In this document: positions 52,039 to 61,348 of the stretch, piece after piece
Position numbering within the stretch: the stretch's first letter is position 1
How the letters are laid out: every line of letters starts with the position of its first letter
NCBI GenBank assembly: GCA_964492555.1
Contig: CAZBKQ010000007.1
Span: 21,534 to 85,533, forward strand
Length of the DNA: 64,000 nt
DNA from: an uncultured Rhodospirillaceae bacterium
GTDB lineage: Bacteria > Pseudomonadota > Alphaproteobacteria > MPNO01 > UBA2964
Direction of reading: 5' to 3'
Program-made: the position numbers and the translations under genes
The notes under the pieces: model-generated
Seen by the model: the letters and a program-made list of their open reading frames with translations, nothing else
What the model was told of the DNA's origin: nothing
Databases searched by the model: none

Positions 52039-53076
52039 ATGGGACTTAAACAAAGCGCCTTGCTGGCCGCGTCCATCGGGATGGCGGCGGCATCATTGTC
52101 GGGTACCGCCGCCAAAGCGGATGCGGTTGCCGATTTCTACAAGGGAAAAACAGTTACCATCGTCGTCGCCGCGCGGGCCGGCGGCGGCCATCATAAATGG
52201 TCGCTGTTCCTGTCGCCGTTCTGGGAAAAATACATGCCCGGAAAGCCCAACTTCATCACCCAGAATATGGGCGGTGCCGGCGGGACCAAGGCGGCGAACT
52301 ATCTCTATAATCGCGCCGCGCAGGACGGCACCGTGATCGGCATCCTTCTGCAGGATACGCCTTTTGCCGCGCGGCTGCGTTCGACGGGAATCAAATACGA
52401 TCCGCAAAAATTCCAGTTTATCGGCGGCGCTGAACGGCCGCAGCCGGCTTTTATCGCCTTGAAGGAAGCGGGCGTGAAAACGCTGGAGGACGTCAAGAAA
52501 AAGCAAGTCATTATCGGCTCCACCGGCAAGGGGTCGCAGACTTTTATCCTGCCGAAACTCGCCAATGGCATGATCGGCACGAAGTTCAAGATCGTGCTCG
52601 GCTATCGCGGCATGGCGGGGATTTACAAGGCCTTGGACAGCAAGGAAGTTTATGCGTTCCAGGCGGGTTATTCCTCGATTGAACTTATCCGGCCGCATTG
52701 GGTCGAGGAAAAAAGGATCGAGGTTCTGGCGGTCAATTCGCTGAAACCGTTGCCCGGTTGGGAGCATAAGAAGCTGTTCAAGGATTACGTCACCGACCCG
52801 ACCGATAAAAAGATCGTCGAGCTGATCGCCGGGAATGACATTATCGGCCGGGCCTGGCTGGCTCCTCCGGGCATGCCGAAAGCGCGGGTCGATGCGATGC
52901 GCGCGGCCTTCAAGAAAATATTCAGCGACAAGGACGCGCTGGCCGCGGCCAAGAAGCGCAAGATGGATATCGGCTATGTGGAGTGGGAATTGCAACAGGC
53001 CCACGCGAAAAACCTGTCCACCGCGCATGACGGGTTGTTTGACAGAATGCGCAAGCTGATGTCTTTAAAGAACTGA
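52039..53076 (+). CDS. tctC: Tripartite tricarboxylate transporter substrate-binding protein (TctC/Bug family).
   Basis: ORF 51961..53076. Start refined to MGLKQSALLAASIGMAAASLSGTAAKA (signal peptide). Bug-family periplasmic binding fold. Confidence 0.8.
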   Translation: MGLKQSALLAASIGMAAASLSGTAAKADAVADFYKGKTVTIVVAARAGGGHHKWSLFLSPFWEKYMPGKPNFITQNMGGAGGTKAANYLYNRAAQDGTVIGILLQDTPFAARLRSTGIKYDPQKFQFIGGAERPQPAFIALKEAGVKTLEDVKKKQVIIGSTGKGSQTFILPKLANGMIGTKFKIVLGYRGMAGIYKALDSKEVYAFQAGYSSIELIRPHWVEEKRIEVLAVNSLKPLPGWEHKKLFKDYVTDPTDKKIVELIAGNDIIGRAWLAPPGMPKARVDAMRAAFKKIFSDKDALAAAKKRKMDIGYVEWELQQAHAKNLSTAHDGLFDRMRKLMSLKN

Positions 53077-53156
53077 GCCGGGGGAACGGGTTTCGGATAC
53101 TGTGACGGTCCCCCAGTGGATTGCCGGGGTTGGCAAACCAGCCGTCACGGCGGAGC

Positions 53157-53184
53157 GGCGCAGCGTTTTACGCTGCGCCGTTTT
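53157..53184 (+). terminator. Intrinsic terminator between the convergent tctC and SH3-protein genes.
   Basis: GGCGCAGCG-tttta-CGCTGCGCC perfect 9 bp stem followed by GTTTTGCTTT. Confidence 0.55.
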
Positions 53185-53210
53185 GCTTTCCGGAACCGGC
53201 GGCGAGCCGC

Positions 53211-53741
53211 CTATTTGAAGGTCTCATCCTTATAGACGCCCCAGATTTCGGCGCGTTTGATCCAGCCATCGAAACCTGAAAATGCCGCCTGGCACCAGAT
53301 ACCGCGGCAGGTTTCCAGCCGTCCGATATTCTTTTTCGCAATCCTGGCGATGACGCCGGCATTGGGCCGCGGGTCGCGCCGCAGCAATATCTGGTTATCA
53401 GGGACGATCACCCAGCGTTTGCCCGACAGGAGCGAGCGGTGGACCCAACCGGTGGATCCCTGCCAGTCGCGGATCTTGCGCCAGGTATCGAACTCATCCA
53501 GTACCTCTACCGGCATGTTGCGGTAGGTCAGCACCCACTCGACAGGATAGCGCGTGCCGGGGCCGGTCCTCAGATTGACCTTCCCGGAGCGAAGAGAGAC
53601 GAAGCGCGGAATCTCCAGCCCGGTGACCTTACCGGTCTTTTGCGCGCCGGCGGGGCTTTGCGGTGCCGATCCGGCAATCAGCAAAATGGCCAGCGCAATA
53701 GCATGCCAAGGAAAGCGCGAATTTTGAAATATGGTTTTCAT
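53211..53741 (-). CDS. Secreted bacterial SH3-domain protein (SH3b/DUF1058-like).
   Basis: Signal peptide (MKTIFQNSRFPWHAIALAILLIAGSA) and an SH3-like motif (VNLRTGPGTRYPVEWVLTYRNMPVEVLDEFDTWRKIRDWQGSTGWVH). Confidence 0.6.
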   Translation of the reverse strand: MKTIFQNSRFPWHAIALAILLIAGSAPQSPAGAQKTGKVTGLEIPRFVSLRSGKVNLRTGPGTRYPVEWVLTYRNMPVEVLDEFDTWRKIRDWQGSTGWVHRSLLSGKRWVIVPDNQILLRRDPRPNAGVIARIAKKNIGRLETCRGIWCQAAFSGFDGWIKRAEIWGVYKDETFK

Positions 53742-53874
53742 GCCAGCCCGAAATCCCTAAAACGCCCGCCTATTATAGGGCGCGCCTCTGGACGGCTCCA
53801 GTTCCGATGGGCATGATTACCGCGCGTTCGTCAGAAGGCGCATTAAAGTCGCAAAAGCGGGACAGGGATCGCCC

Positions 53875-54861
53875 TTGATGAAAAAACCGGTTGTCGTCGT
53901 TACACACAAGCTTCCCGCGGTCATCGAAGTGCGGATGAAGGAACTGTTCGACGCCCATCTCAACGCGGCGGATACACCGATGCCGGCGGATGAGATTATT
54001 GCCGCCTGCGACGGCGCCGATGTGCTGGTGCCGACCGTTACCGACAGCATCGACGCGGATCTGATCGGAAAGCTACCGGACAGTGTTCGGCTGATCGCCA
54101 ATTTCGGCGTCGGCATCAATCACATTGATTGCGCCGCCGCCGATGCGCGCGGCATCACGGTCACCAATACGCCCGGGGTGCTGACCGACGACACGGCGGA
54201 TCTGACCATCGCGCTGCTGGTGTCCGTACCTCGCCGACTGGTCGAAGGCGCGCAGCTGGCCCGCGCCGGTGGATGGAAAGGTTGGCGCCCCACCTTCATG
54301 CTCGGGCACCGGGTCAACGGCAAACGTCTCGGTATTGTCGGGATGGGACGGATCGGTCAGGCGGTGGCAAAACGCGCCCGCGGGTTCGATATTCAGGTCC
54401 ATTATCACAACCGCAACCGGGTTCATCAGGCAATCGAGGAAGAGCTGGAGGCGACCTGGTGGGAAAGCCTCGATGAGATGCTCGAACATGTCGATCTGCT
54501 GTCGATCCATTGTCCCCTGACGCCGGATACGACCAACCTGATGAGCGCGGAACGGCTCGACCGGTTGCCGCCCCATGCGGTGATCGTCAATACCGCGCGC
54601 GGCGGTATCATCGATGAAGACGCACTGGCCGAAAGGCTGGCTTCCGGTCGGCTCGCCGGGGCGGGGCTGGATGTTTATGCCAACGAACCGGAAATTCACC
54701 CCAAGCTGCTGGAGCTCGACAATGTCGTTGCCGTGCCGCATCTCGGCTCCGCCACCCATGAAGGACGCGTCGCGATGGGCGAAAAGGTGGTGATGAATGT
54801 CAAGGCATTCGCCGATGGCCACGCTTTGCCCGACCGGGTGCTGATCGGTGTGGATGTATAG
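53875..54861 (+). CDS. D-isomer-specific 2-hydroxyacid dehydrogenase (glyoxylate/hydroxypyruvate reductase-like).
   Basis: NAD-binding GxGxxG (LGIVGMGRIGQAVAKR) and the catalytic R/E/H triad region (IVNTARGGIID...VPHLGSAT). Confidence 0.85.
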   Translation: MMKKPVVVVTHKLPAVIEVRMKELFDAHLNAADTPMPADEIIAACDGADVLVPTVTDSIDADLIGKLPDSVRLIANFGVGINHIDCAAADARGITVTNTPGVLTDDTADLTIALLVSVPRRLVEGAQLARAGGWKGWRPTFMLGHRVNGKRLGIVGMGRIGQAVAKRARGFDIQVHYHNRNRVHQAIEEELEATWWESLDEMLEHVDLLSIHCPLTPDTTNLMSAERLDRLPPHAVIVNTARGGIIDEDALAERLASGRLAGAGLDVYANEPEIHPKLLELDNVVAVPHLGSATHEGRVAMGEKVVMNVKAFADGHALPDRVLIGVDV

Positions 54862-54939
54862 CGGTTTGAACCTTGGCCCCGGTTCGGTGGCCGGGGTGAC
54901 AATCGACGGTAACGGCAACTGATCGGATTTTACGATCGG

Positions 54940-55320
54940 CTAGATAAAAACAATCTGCGCGTTGTCGCGTTCCGCTTCGGCGAGAAAGCTCACCATGCCG
55001 CCGGGTGTGGCCGCGATGTCGGGCCTCAGATCATCCATCATCAGCCCCTCGGATTTAAGCCCGGCGTCGCAAATCTGAAAATCCGCTTCGAATTCCGCGC
55101 AGGCGGCGATCATTTCCGCCAGCGTCGCGATGCCTTTTTCCGCATTCGCGGAATCGTTTGCCCTGCCCCAACCCGGCGTGAGCGCATGGATCGCGCCCAT
55201 GGTGAAGAATAACGTGACCGGCCGGTCCGTGGCGGTCGCGGCGGCGGCCATTACGAAACCGTAATGAATGCGGCCGTAATCGGCGGAATGCAGGATCAGG
55301 GACAGGCGGCGCTTTGCCAT
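54940..55320 (-). CDS. DsrE/DsrF-like family small protein.
   Basis: 126 aa with two Cys (AACAEF, QICDAG). Its start overlaps the stop of the upstream MoeB-like gene. Confidence 0.5.
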   Translation of the reverse strand: MAKRRLSLILHSADYGRIHYGFVMAAAATATDRPVTLFFTMGAIHALTPGWGRANDSANAEKGIATLAEMIAACAEFEADFQICDAGLKSEGLMMDDLRPDIAATPGGMVSFLAEAERDNAQIVFI

Positions 55321-55321
55321 G

Positions 55322-56119
55322 TCAGGCGCCCGCGTGGGCGGAAAGATCGGTTATGGCGGGGTGGTCGCCGCATAGCGCGCATGCCGGATCGCGCTTCAGT
55401 CCGATCTTGCGAAAGGTCGTTTCCAACGCATCATAGAGCAGGAGGCTCCCGGCCAGGGTTTCGCCGACCCCCATGATTTCCTTGAGAATTTCGGTTGCCT
55501 GCAACGCGCCCATCACACCGGCGAGCGCGCCCAGCACGCCGCCTTCCGAACAGCTCGGCACCATCCCGTCGGGTGGCGCCTCGCGATAGAGACAACGGTA
55601 ACAAGGGAAATCCGGCCCGAGATGCGATTTGAAGGTGGCGATCTGCCCCTCGAACCGCAGGATGGCGGCGGAGACCAGCGTGCGCCCGGTCAGATGGGCG
55701 GCATCGGCGACCAGAAACCGCGTGGCGAAATTATCCGATCCGTCGGCGACGATATCGTAATCGGCCATCAGCGCGGCGGCGTTTGCCGCGTTCAACCTTG
55801 TGTGATGCGGCACGATTTTTACGTCCGGATTGATATCGCTCACCACGTTTGCGGCGCTGTCCACCTTTGGCGTGCCGATGCGCGACGTGCCGTGAATGAC
55901 CTGGCGCTGCAAATTGGAAAGATCGACCACATCATCATCGACTACCCCGATGGTGCCGACACCGGCGGCGGCCAGATAAAGCAGCATCGGTGCGCCCAGC
56001 CCGCCCGCGCCGACCACCAGCACCTTCGCGCCCAGCAGTTTTTCCTGCCCCACCCCGCCCACTTCGGGCAGCACGATATGGCGCGCATAGCGGTGAAGCT
56101 GTTCCTCGGTGAAATCCAT
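55322..56119 (-). CDS. moeB: ThiF/MoeB/HesA-family E1-like adenylyltransferase (probable MoeB).
   Basis: Nucleotide-binding GAGGLG, both CxxC Zn motifs (CYRC, CALC) and no rhodanese domain; 265 aa. Confidence 0.8.
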   Translation of the reverse strand: MDFTEEQLHRYARHIVLPEVGGVGQEKLLGAKVLVVGAGGLGAPMLLYLAAAGVGTIGVVDDDVVDLSNLQRQVIHGTSRIGTPKVDSAANVVSDINPDVKIVPHHTRLNAANAAALMADYDIVADGSDNFATRFLVADAAHLTGRTLVSAAILRFEGQIATFKSHLGPDFPCYRCLYREAPPDGMVPSCSEGGVLGALAGVMGALQATEILKEIMGVGETLAGSLLLYDALETTFRKIGLKRDPACALCGDHPAITDLSAHAGA

Positions 56120-56132
56120 TCTGTGTGGGGCC

Positions 56133-56582
56133 TTAACGTCCGGTCGATCCGAACCCGCCGGCGCCGCGCTCGGTCTCGTCCAACCTGTCTACTTCCGCGA
56201 TTTGCACCTGCGTGACGGGCGCGATGACCATCTGCGCGATCCGCATCCCGCGCGTCACGGTAAAGGGCGCGTCGCCCAGATTGATCAGGATGACTTTGAC
56301 TTCGCCCCGGTAATCCGCATCGATGGTCCCGGGCGTGTTCAGCACCGTGATCGCGTCGCGCGCCGCCAGCCCGGACCGTGGGCGAACCTGCGCTTCATAA
56401 CCGTCCGGCAGGGCGATGGCGAGACCGGTCGGCACCAGCGCGTGCTTGCCGGGCGCCAGCACCAGATCTTCGGTCACCGCCGCCGGCAGATCCATGCCTG
56501 CGGCGGACGCGGTCTCATAGGAAGGCAGCGGTAAATCTTCGTTGTTTTCCAGCCGCTTGATGGAAAGTGTCGGTTGGTTCAT
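56133..56582 (-). CDS. dut: dUTP diphosphatase.
   Basis: ORF 56133..56684. Start refined to [11 protein letters not shown]. dUTPase motifs ([25 protein letters not shown]). It lies 4 nt after the coaBC stop. Confidence 0.9.
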   Translation of the reverse strand: MNQPTLSIKRLENNEDLPLPSYETASAAGMDLPAAVTEDLVLAPGKHALVPTGLAIALPDGYEAQVRPRSGLAARDAITVLNTPGTIDADYRGEVKVILINLGDAPFTVTRGMRIAQMVIAPVTQVQIAEVDRLDETERGAGGFGSTGR

Positions 56583-56586
56583 CGGG

Positions 56587-57789
56587 TTACGCGGTTTCCT
56601 GTATATGATCGGCGATCCGCGCGGCCAGCTTTTCGGCGACCTCCGTCTTGGTAATTTCCGGCCAGTCCTCGACGCCCGCGCCATGGATCAAATGGATGGT
56701 GTTGATCTCGCCACCGAACGTGCCGGTGCCGGGCGAAACATCATTGGCGAGGACCCAGTCGCACCCCTTGGCGGTCAGCTTCGGTTGCGCCTTGGCGACC
56801 ACATCGCCGGTTTCCGCGGCGAAGCCGATCACCAGACGGGGGCGGTCATTGCCGCTATTGCCGAGGGTTTTCAGGATATCCGGGTTCTCCACCATGGAAA
56901 TCGCGGGCGCCTCGCCGTTTTTCTTGATCTTTTGCGCGGCTTCCTCGGCCGGGCGCCAATCCGCCACCGCCGCGGCGCAGACTGCGATATCGGCGGGCAG
57001 CGCCGCCTTGCAGGCCGCCAGCATGTCGCGCGCGCTTTCGACATGATTGACCGAAACACCGGCCGGGTCGGGCTCCATGGTCGGGCCGGTCACCAGCGTG
57101 GTGTCCGCCCCCAGCCGCGCCAGCGCCGCCGCGATGGCGTGGCCCTGCTTTCCCGACGACCGGTTGGCGATATAGCGCACCGGGTCGATGGCTTCATGGG
57201 TCGGGCCGCTGGTCACCAGCGCGCGCTTTCCCGAGAGACGCGCATGGGCGCTGAAATGATCGCATATCGCCTCGACCACGGCCGCCGATTCCGCCATGCG
57301 GCCGGGCCCGAATTCGCCGCAGGCCATATCGCCGTCATCCGGCCCGACAAAAATAATTCCGCGCTCGCGCAGGGTCGCCGCATTGGCGGCCATCGCCGCG
57401 TGTTCCCACATGCGCACATTCATTGCCGGCACCGCCATCACCGGTTTGTCGGTCGCCAGCAGCGCCGTGGTCGCCAGATCGTCGCAAATCCCCTGCGCCA
57501 TACGGGCCAGTATGTTCGCGGTCGCCGGCGCGACGACCAGCAGATCGGCATCGCGCGACAGCTGGATATGGCCCATCTCGTGTTCGTCGGTCAGCGAAAA
57601 GATATCGCCATAGACCTTGTCGCCCGAGAGGGCGGAAACCGACAGCGGCGTCACGAATTCGGTTGCCGCCCGGGTCAGCACACAGCGCACTGCCGCGCCC
57701 TGTTCGCGCAGGCGGCGGATCAGCTCCAGACATTTATAGGCGGCGATGCCGCCCGATATGATCAACAGGATTCGCTTGCCATGCAGCAT
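56587..57789 (-). CDS. coaBC: Bifunctional phosphopantothenoylcysteine decarboxylase / phosphopantothenate--cysteine ligase.
   Basis: ORF 56587..57963. Start refined to [19 protein letters not shown] (flavoprotein N-terminus). C-terminal DFP ligase domain. The coaBC-dut pair is conserved. Confidence 0.9.
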   Translation of the reverse strand: MLHGKRILLIISGGIAAYKCLELIRRLREQGAAVRCVLTRAATEFVTPLSVSALSGDKVYGDIFSLTDEHEMGHIQLSRDADLLVVAPATANILARMAQGICDDLATTALLATDKPVMAVPAMNVRMWEHAAMAANAATLRERGIIFVGPDDGDMACGEFGPGRMAESAAVVEAICDHFSAHARLSGKRALVTSGPTHEAIDPVRYIANRSSGKQGHAIAAALARLGADTTLVTGPTMEPDPAGVSVNHVESARDMLAACKAALPADIAVCAAAVADWRPAEEAAQKIKKNGEAPAISMVENPDILKTLGNSGNDRPRLVIGFAAETGDVVAKAQPKLTAKGCDWVLANDVSPGTGTFGGEINTIHLIHGAGVEDWPEITKTEVAEKLAARIADHIQETA

Positions 57790-57901
57790 TGCAGCCGGTT
57801 TCCCATCAATTTTCAGGATAGGGGAGAAACTAGAGCGGATGGCGGGCGGCGTCCAGAAAATTGGGTGACCGGCCTTTCCCCCGATCCCGCGCAAATCCTG
57901 T

Positions 57902-58777
57902 TCAGGGCCCCTGCCGGGATGCTTTCCGCACCTTGTCCGCAACCCCCTGATCATGCGACGCAAGGATAACGAGATCCGGAATTTTTTCTTTAAGGGCCCG
58001 GACTTTTGCGTATGAGGCGCGCAATGTCGCTGCGTCGCCGGTGCCGGGGGTCTGTCCCCGCATCAGCATTTCCGTGTCATAGGCGAGGTCCCCAATCAAC
58101 AATAGTGGCTTCATGCCGGCGCTTCGCACCAGCAGCGAGAGGGACCCCGCCGTATGGCCGGGCGTCGGCAGCGCGACCAGCGATCCATCCCCCATGACGT
58201 CGAAAATGCCGTCAAAAGCCTCAAATAAAGGATCTTTCACCGGCTTGAAGGCGATCTGGCGCCATTTTGCGCCCGGCAACTCGATATGATCCCGCAATAT
58301 CCATTTGCGTTCCGGGTGCGGAAGCGACAGTTGCGCCCACTCGTCCTGGCTGACCAGCAATTCCGCTTGCGGCACATCGGAAATCCCCCCGATATGATCG
58401 AAATGGAGATGGGAGACAATTACCTTCGCGACTGCGGCGGCGGCATGGCCATGTTTTTCCAATTGCCGCCCGAGCGCGTCTTCCGGTCCGATATGCAGCC
58501 TGAAAATTCTGCGCAACAGGAACCGGCCGACGGCGCTGTCGATATAACCGGGATCCAGCTTGATAGCCGGGTCCATCCCGGTATCGAACAGGATCAACCC
58601 GTCCCGATGTTCAATCGCGAAGCAATGCAGCGGTATCCTGATCCAGCTTCGCGACGTCAAAACCCACCAGATTTGGGGCAAAAGGCTGCCATGGCGGTGT
58701 TCCCGGTGCTGTTCGCCCCACCCGGTCGACAGGGTTTTGATTGATTTGATAGCCGCGTCTTCTAGAGGCTGTGCCAT
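57902..58777 (-). CDS. MBL-fold metallo-hydrolase, N-acyl homoserine lactonase-like.
   Basis: HxHxDH motif (SHLHFDHIGG) plus a downstream His and Asp pattern; 291 aa. Confidence 0.72.
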   Translation of the reverse strand: MAQPLEDAAIKSIKTLSTGWGEQHREHRHGSLLPQIWWVLTSRSWIRIPLHCFAIEHRDGLILFDTGMDPAIKLDPGYIDSAVGRFLLRRIFRLHIGPEDALGRQLEKHGHAAAAVAKVIVSHLHFDHIGGISDVPQAELLVSQDEWAQLSLPHPERKWILRDHIELPGAKWRQIAFKPVKDPLFEAFDGIFDVMGDGSLVALPTPGHTAGSLSLLVRSAGMKPLLLIGDLAYDTEMLMRGQTPGTGDAATLRASYAKVRALKEKIPDLVILASHDQGVADKVRKASRQGP

Positions 58778-58860
58778 ATCACCCTCCGGGCTTGTCCAGA
58801 AAGGAATGCGTCAATCCTGGCCGGGTTTCCAAAAAAGGGCCAGGAGGTATTGGAAACCGC

Positions 58861-60411
58861 CTAAAACACCAGCAGAAACACGGCGATCGCCCCGGCGGCG
58901 GCCCAGAGCGGCCAGCGCGATCCGGATTTTTCGCGGGCGAGCAGGGCTGCCACGCTGTCGGGGTGAAGTTTCAGCCCGTCGCGCCCCAGCGAGCCGATAC
59001 TTTCCTCCATGTCGGAAATCAGCGCGGGCAGCCGTTCAATGACCCGTCCCGCCTCGGCGGCGATCTCGGCGGCGCGCGCCTCCGGCGTCATATGATCCTC
59101 CACCCATTGCTCGATCAGCGGCCGGGCGAGTTCCCACATATTGGTTTCGGGATGCAGCCGGCGACCGACCCCTTCCGCCACCAGCATGGTCTTTTGCAGC
59201 AGCAATAATTGCGGCTGGGTCTGCATGTCGAACCGTTCGGTTACGTCGAAAAGCTGCGCCAGCAGCCGGGCGAGCGATATATCCTTGAGCGATAATCCGA
59301 AAATCGGTTCCGCGATGGCGCGGGCGGCCTGGGCGAAGGCTTCTTCTGACTGGCCGGACGGCACGTAACCCGCCTGGAAATGCACCCTGGCGACGCGGTC
59401 GTAATCGCCGTTCAAAAAGCCGATCAGCATTTCCGCGAGATAATAGCGCGTGCGCCGGTCGATGCGTCCCATGATGCCGAAATCCAGCGGCTGCATGGTG
59501 CCGTCTTCCGCGATCATCATATTGCCGGGATGCATGTCGGCGTGGAAAAAACCGTCACGGAAGACCTGCAGGAAAAACAGCCGCGCCATATTGGCGACCA
59601 GCGTTTCCGTATCGTGCCCGGCGGCGCGGATCGCTTCGACCTCATCGGTCGACAGCCCGTCCACCCGTTCCAACGTGAGCACCCGGCGGCCCGTGCGGGC
59701 CCAGTCCATTCGCGGCACATGGAAACTCTCATCGTCGGCAAAATTGCCGCGCAGTTCATCGCCGGCGGCGGCCTCAAGCCGCAAATCCATCTCCTGGGAA
59801 ACAGTTTCCGCAATAACATCAATAACTTCTGAAATGCGCAACCGGCGGGTTTTGGGCACATAGCGTTCCGCGCACTCCCCCAGCCAGGACAGCAAATCGA
59901 GTTCCTGGGCGAAGGCGCGTTCAATTCCTGGCCGCAAAATCTTGACCGCGACCTTTTCGTCTTCGGCGGTGACCGCGAAATGCACCTGGGCGATGGAGGC
60001 GGCGGCGACCGGCTGATCATCGAATTCGGAAAACAGTTCCTCCACCGGCTGCCCCAGCTCGCTTTCGATGGCGGCCCGGGCCTCCGATGCCGGAAAAGGC
60101 GGCAGACGGTCCTGCAGGGAAGAGAGATCCTCGGCTATATCATCGCCCACCAGATCGCGCCGCACGGACAGGGCCTGGCCAAGCTTGATAAAGACCGGGC
60201 CGAGCGCCGCGAAGGCCAGCGCCAGACGCTCGCCGGCCCGCTTATCCGCCGATTCAGACGCCGGTTTCTGGCCGATCATCGCCAGGCGGTGAAGGTTGCG
60301 CACCAGTTTCGGGTTCACCCCGGCCTGTTCCAACGGGAACAGCGCGTCATGGCGGGCAAGGGTCCGCCCGATCGTGAAGAGACGTTTCAGGCTGCGCCAG
60401 GTACGGCCCAT
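58861..60411 (-). CDS. ubiB: Ubiquinone biosynthesis protein kinase-like UbiB.
   Basis: ABC1/ADCK kinase-like domain (ASIAQVH...KILRPG...DMHPGNMMIAEDG) and C-terminal TM segments. It lies downstream of ubiE. Confidence 0.9.
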   Translation of the reverse strand: MGRTWRSLKRLFTIGRTLARHDALFPLEQAGVNPKLVRNLHRLAMIGQKPASESADKRAGERLALAFAALGPVFIKLGQALSVRRDLVGDDIAEDLSSLQDRLPPFPASEARAAIESELGQPVEELFSEFDDQPVAAASIAQVHFAVTAEDEKVAVKILRPGIERAFAQELDLLSWLGECAERYVPKTRRLRISEVIDVIAETVSQEMDLRLEAAAGDELRGNFADDESFHVPRMDWARTGRRVLTLERVDGLSTDEVEAIRAAGHDTETLVANMARLFFLQVFRDGFFHADMHPGNMMIAEDGTMQPLDFGIMGRIDRRTRYYLAEMLIGFLNGDYDRVARVHFQAGYVPSGQSEEAFAQAARAIAEPIFGLSLKDISLARLLAQLFDVTERFDMQTQPQLLLLQKTMLVAEGVGRRLHPETNMWELARPLIEQWVEDHMTPEARAAEIAAEAGRVIERLPALISDMEESIGSLGRDGLKLHPDSVAALLAREKSGSRWPLWAAAGAIAVFLLVF

Positions 60412-60414
60412 CGG

Positions 60415-61197
60415 TCAGACACGCCAGGCGGAATGGATGGCGACGATGCCGCCGCTCAGCGGCTGCCAGGTAACGTTGCCGAATCCGGCGGCGCGGAATT
60501 CTCCGGCCAGCGTTTCCGGCTCGGGGAATGTCCGGATGCTTTCCGCCAGATAACGGTATGACTCCGCGTCGTCCGCGACCCGTTGGCCGAGCCAGGGCAG
60601 TACGTTCAGCGAATAGGCGTCATAAACCGGCTTCAAAACCGGCAATACGGCGGGGGAGAATTCCAGACACAGAAAATGCCCGCCGAAATCCATCACCCGG
60701 TGAAAATCCGCCATTGCCGCGGCGCGGTCCGTCACATTGCGCAACCCGAAGGAAATCGTCGCGCCATCAAAGGACCGGTCGGCAAAGGGCAATGATTCGG
60801 CGGGCGCGGTGACAAAGTCGAAACCGGACAGATACCCCCTATCGATGGCGCGGCTCTCCGCCTGTTCCAGCATCGCGCTATTGGGATCGCAGAGCGTAAT
60901 CGGGTGCTTCGGGCCACTCTTTCCGGCCTGTTCCAGCCGCGCGCGCATACGAAAGGCGATATCACCCGTACCGGCCGCGATATCGGCCAGCCGCATGGCG
61001 GGTCGCGGGTCAAGCCGGTCGATCAGCAGCTTTTTCCACACCCGGTGCAGACCGCCGCTCATCAGATCGTTCATCAGGTCGTACCGCCCGGCGACGGAAT
61101 CGAACACGCCGCGTACCCGTGTCGCGTGTTCATCCAGCTTCACCTCTTCGAAGCCGAAATCCCTGACTCTGTTGTTGGAATCCGCTTTTGCGTTCAT
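60415..61197 (-). CDS. ubiE: Demethylmenaquinone / 2-methoxy-6-polyprenyl-1,4-benzoquinol C-methyltransferase UbiE.
   Basis: SAM-MTase motif I (LADIAAGTGDIA) and the UbiE-family N-terminus (FGFEEV...KVRGVFDSVAGRYDLMNDLMS). Confidence 0.9.
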   Translation of the reverse strand: MNAKADSNNRVRDFGFEEVKLDEHATRVRGVFDSVAGRYDLMNDLMSGGLHRVWKKLLIDRLDPRPAMRLADIAAGTGDIAFRMRARLEQAGKSGPKHPITLCDPNSAMLEQAESRAIDRGYLSGFDFVTAPAESLPFADRSFDGATISFGLRNVTDRAAAMADFHRVMDFGGHFLCLEFSPAVLPVLKPVYDAYSLNVLPWLGQRVADDAESYRYLAESIRTFPEPETLAGEFRAAGFGNVTWQPLSGGIVAIHSAWRV

Positions 61198-61254
61198 TGG
61201 CGGACAATAGCCCAGCGGTCTGTTTCACGCTAGCATTATGGAAAGGATCGCGCT

Positions 61255-61326
61255 CCAGCCCGCTCCCTCCTCCCGGTCAACCTTGGGAATCCCCTTATGG
61301 GTGGTCGGGAGGGGGGAGTGGGCTGG
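61255..61326 (+). promoter_or_regulatory. 72 nt imperfect stem-loop with roughly 20 bp arms in the mutM 5' leader.
   Basis: CCAGCCCGCTCCCTCCTCCCG...CGGGAGGGGGGAGTGGGCTGG. It lies in the spacer between divergent ubiE and mutM and ends about 22 nt before the mutM ATG. Confidence 0.35.
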
Positions 61327-61348
61327 AACCGCAAGCAAAAGGAACCCC

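Noticed and set aside
53742-53874. Divergent spacer between the SH3 gene and the hydroxyacid dehydrogenase.
   Set aside because: I found no repeats, palindromes or small ORFs. It is an ordinary promoter region.
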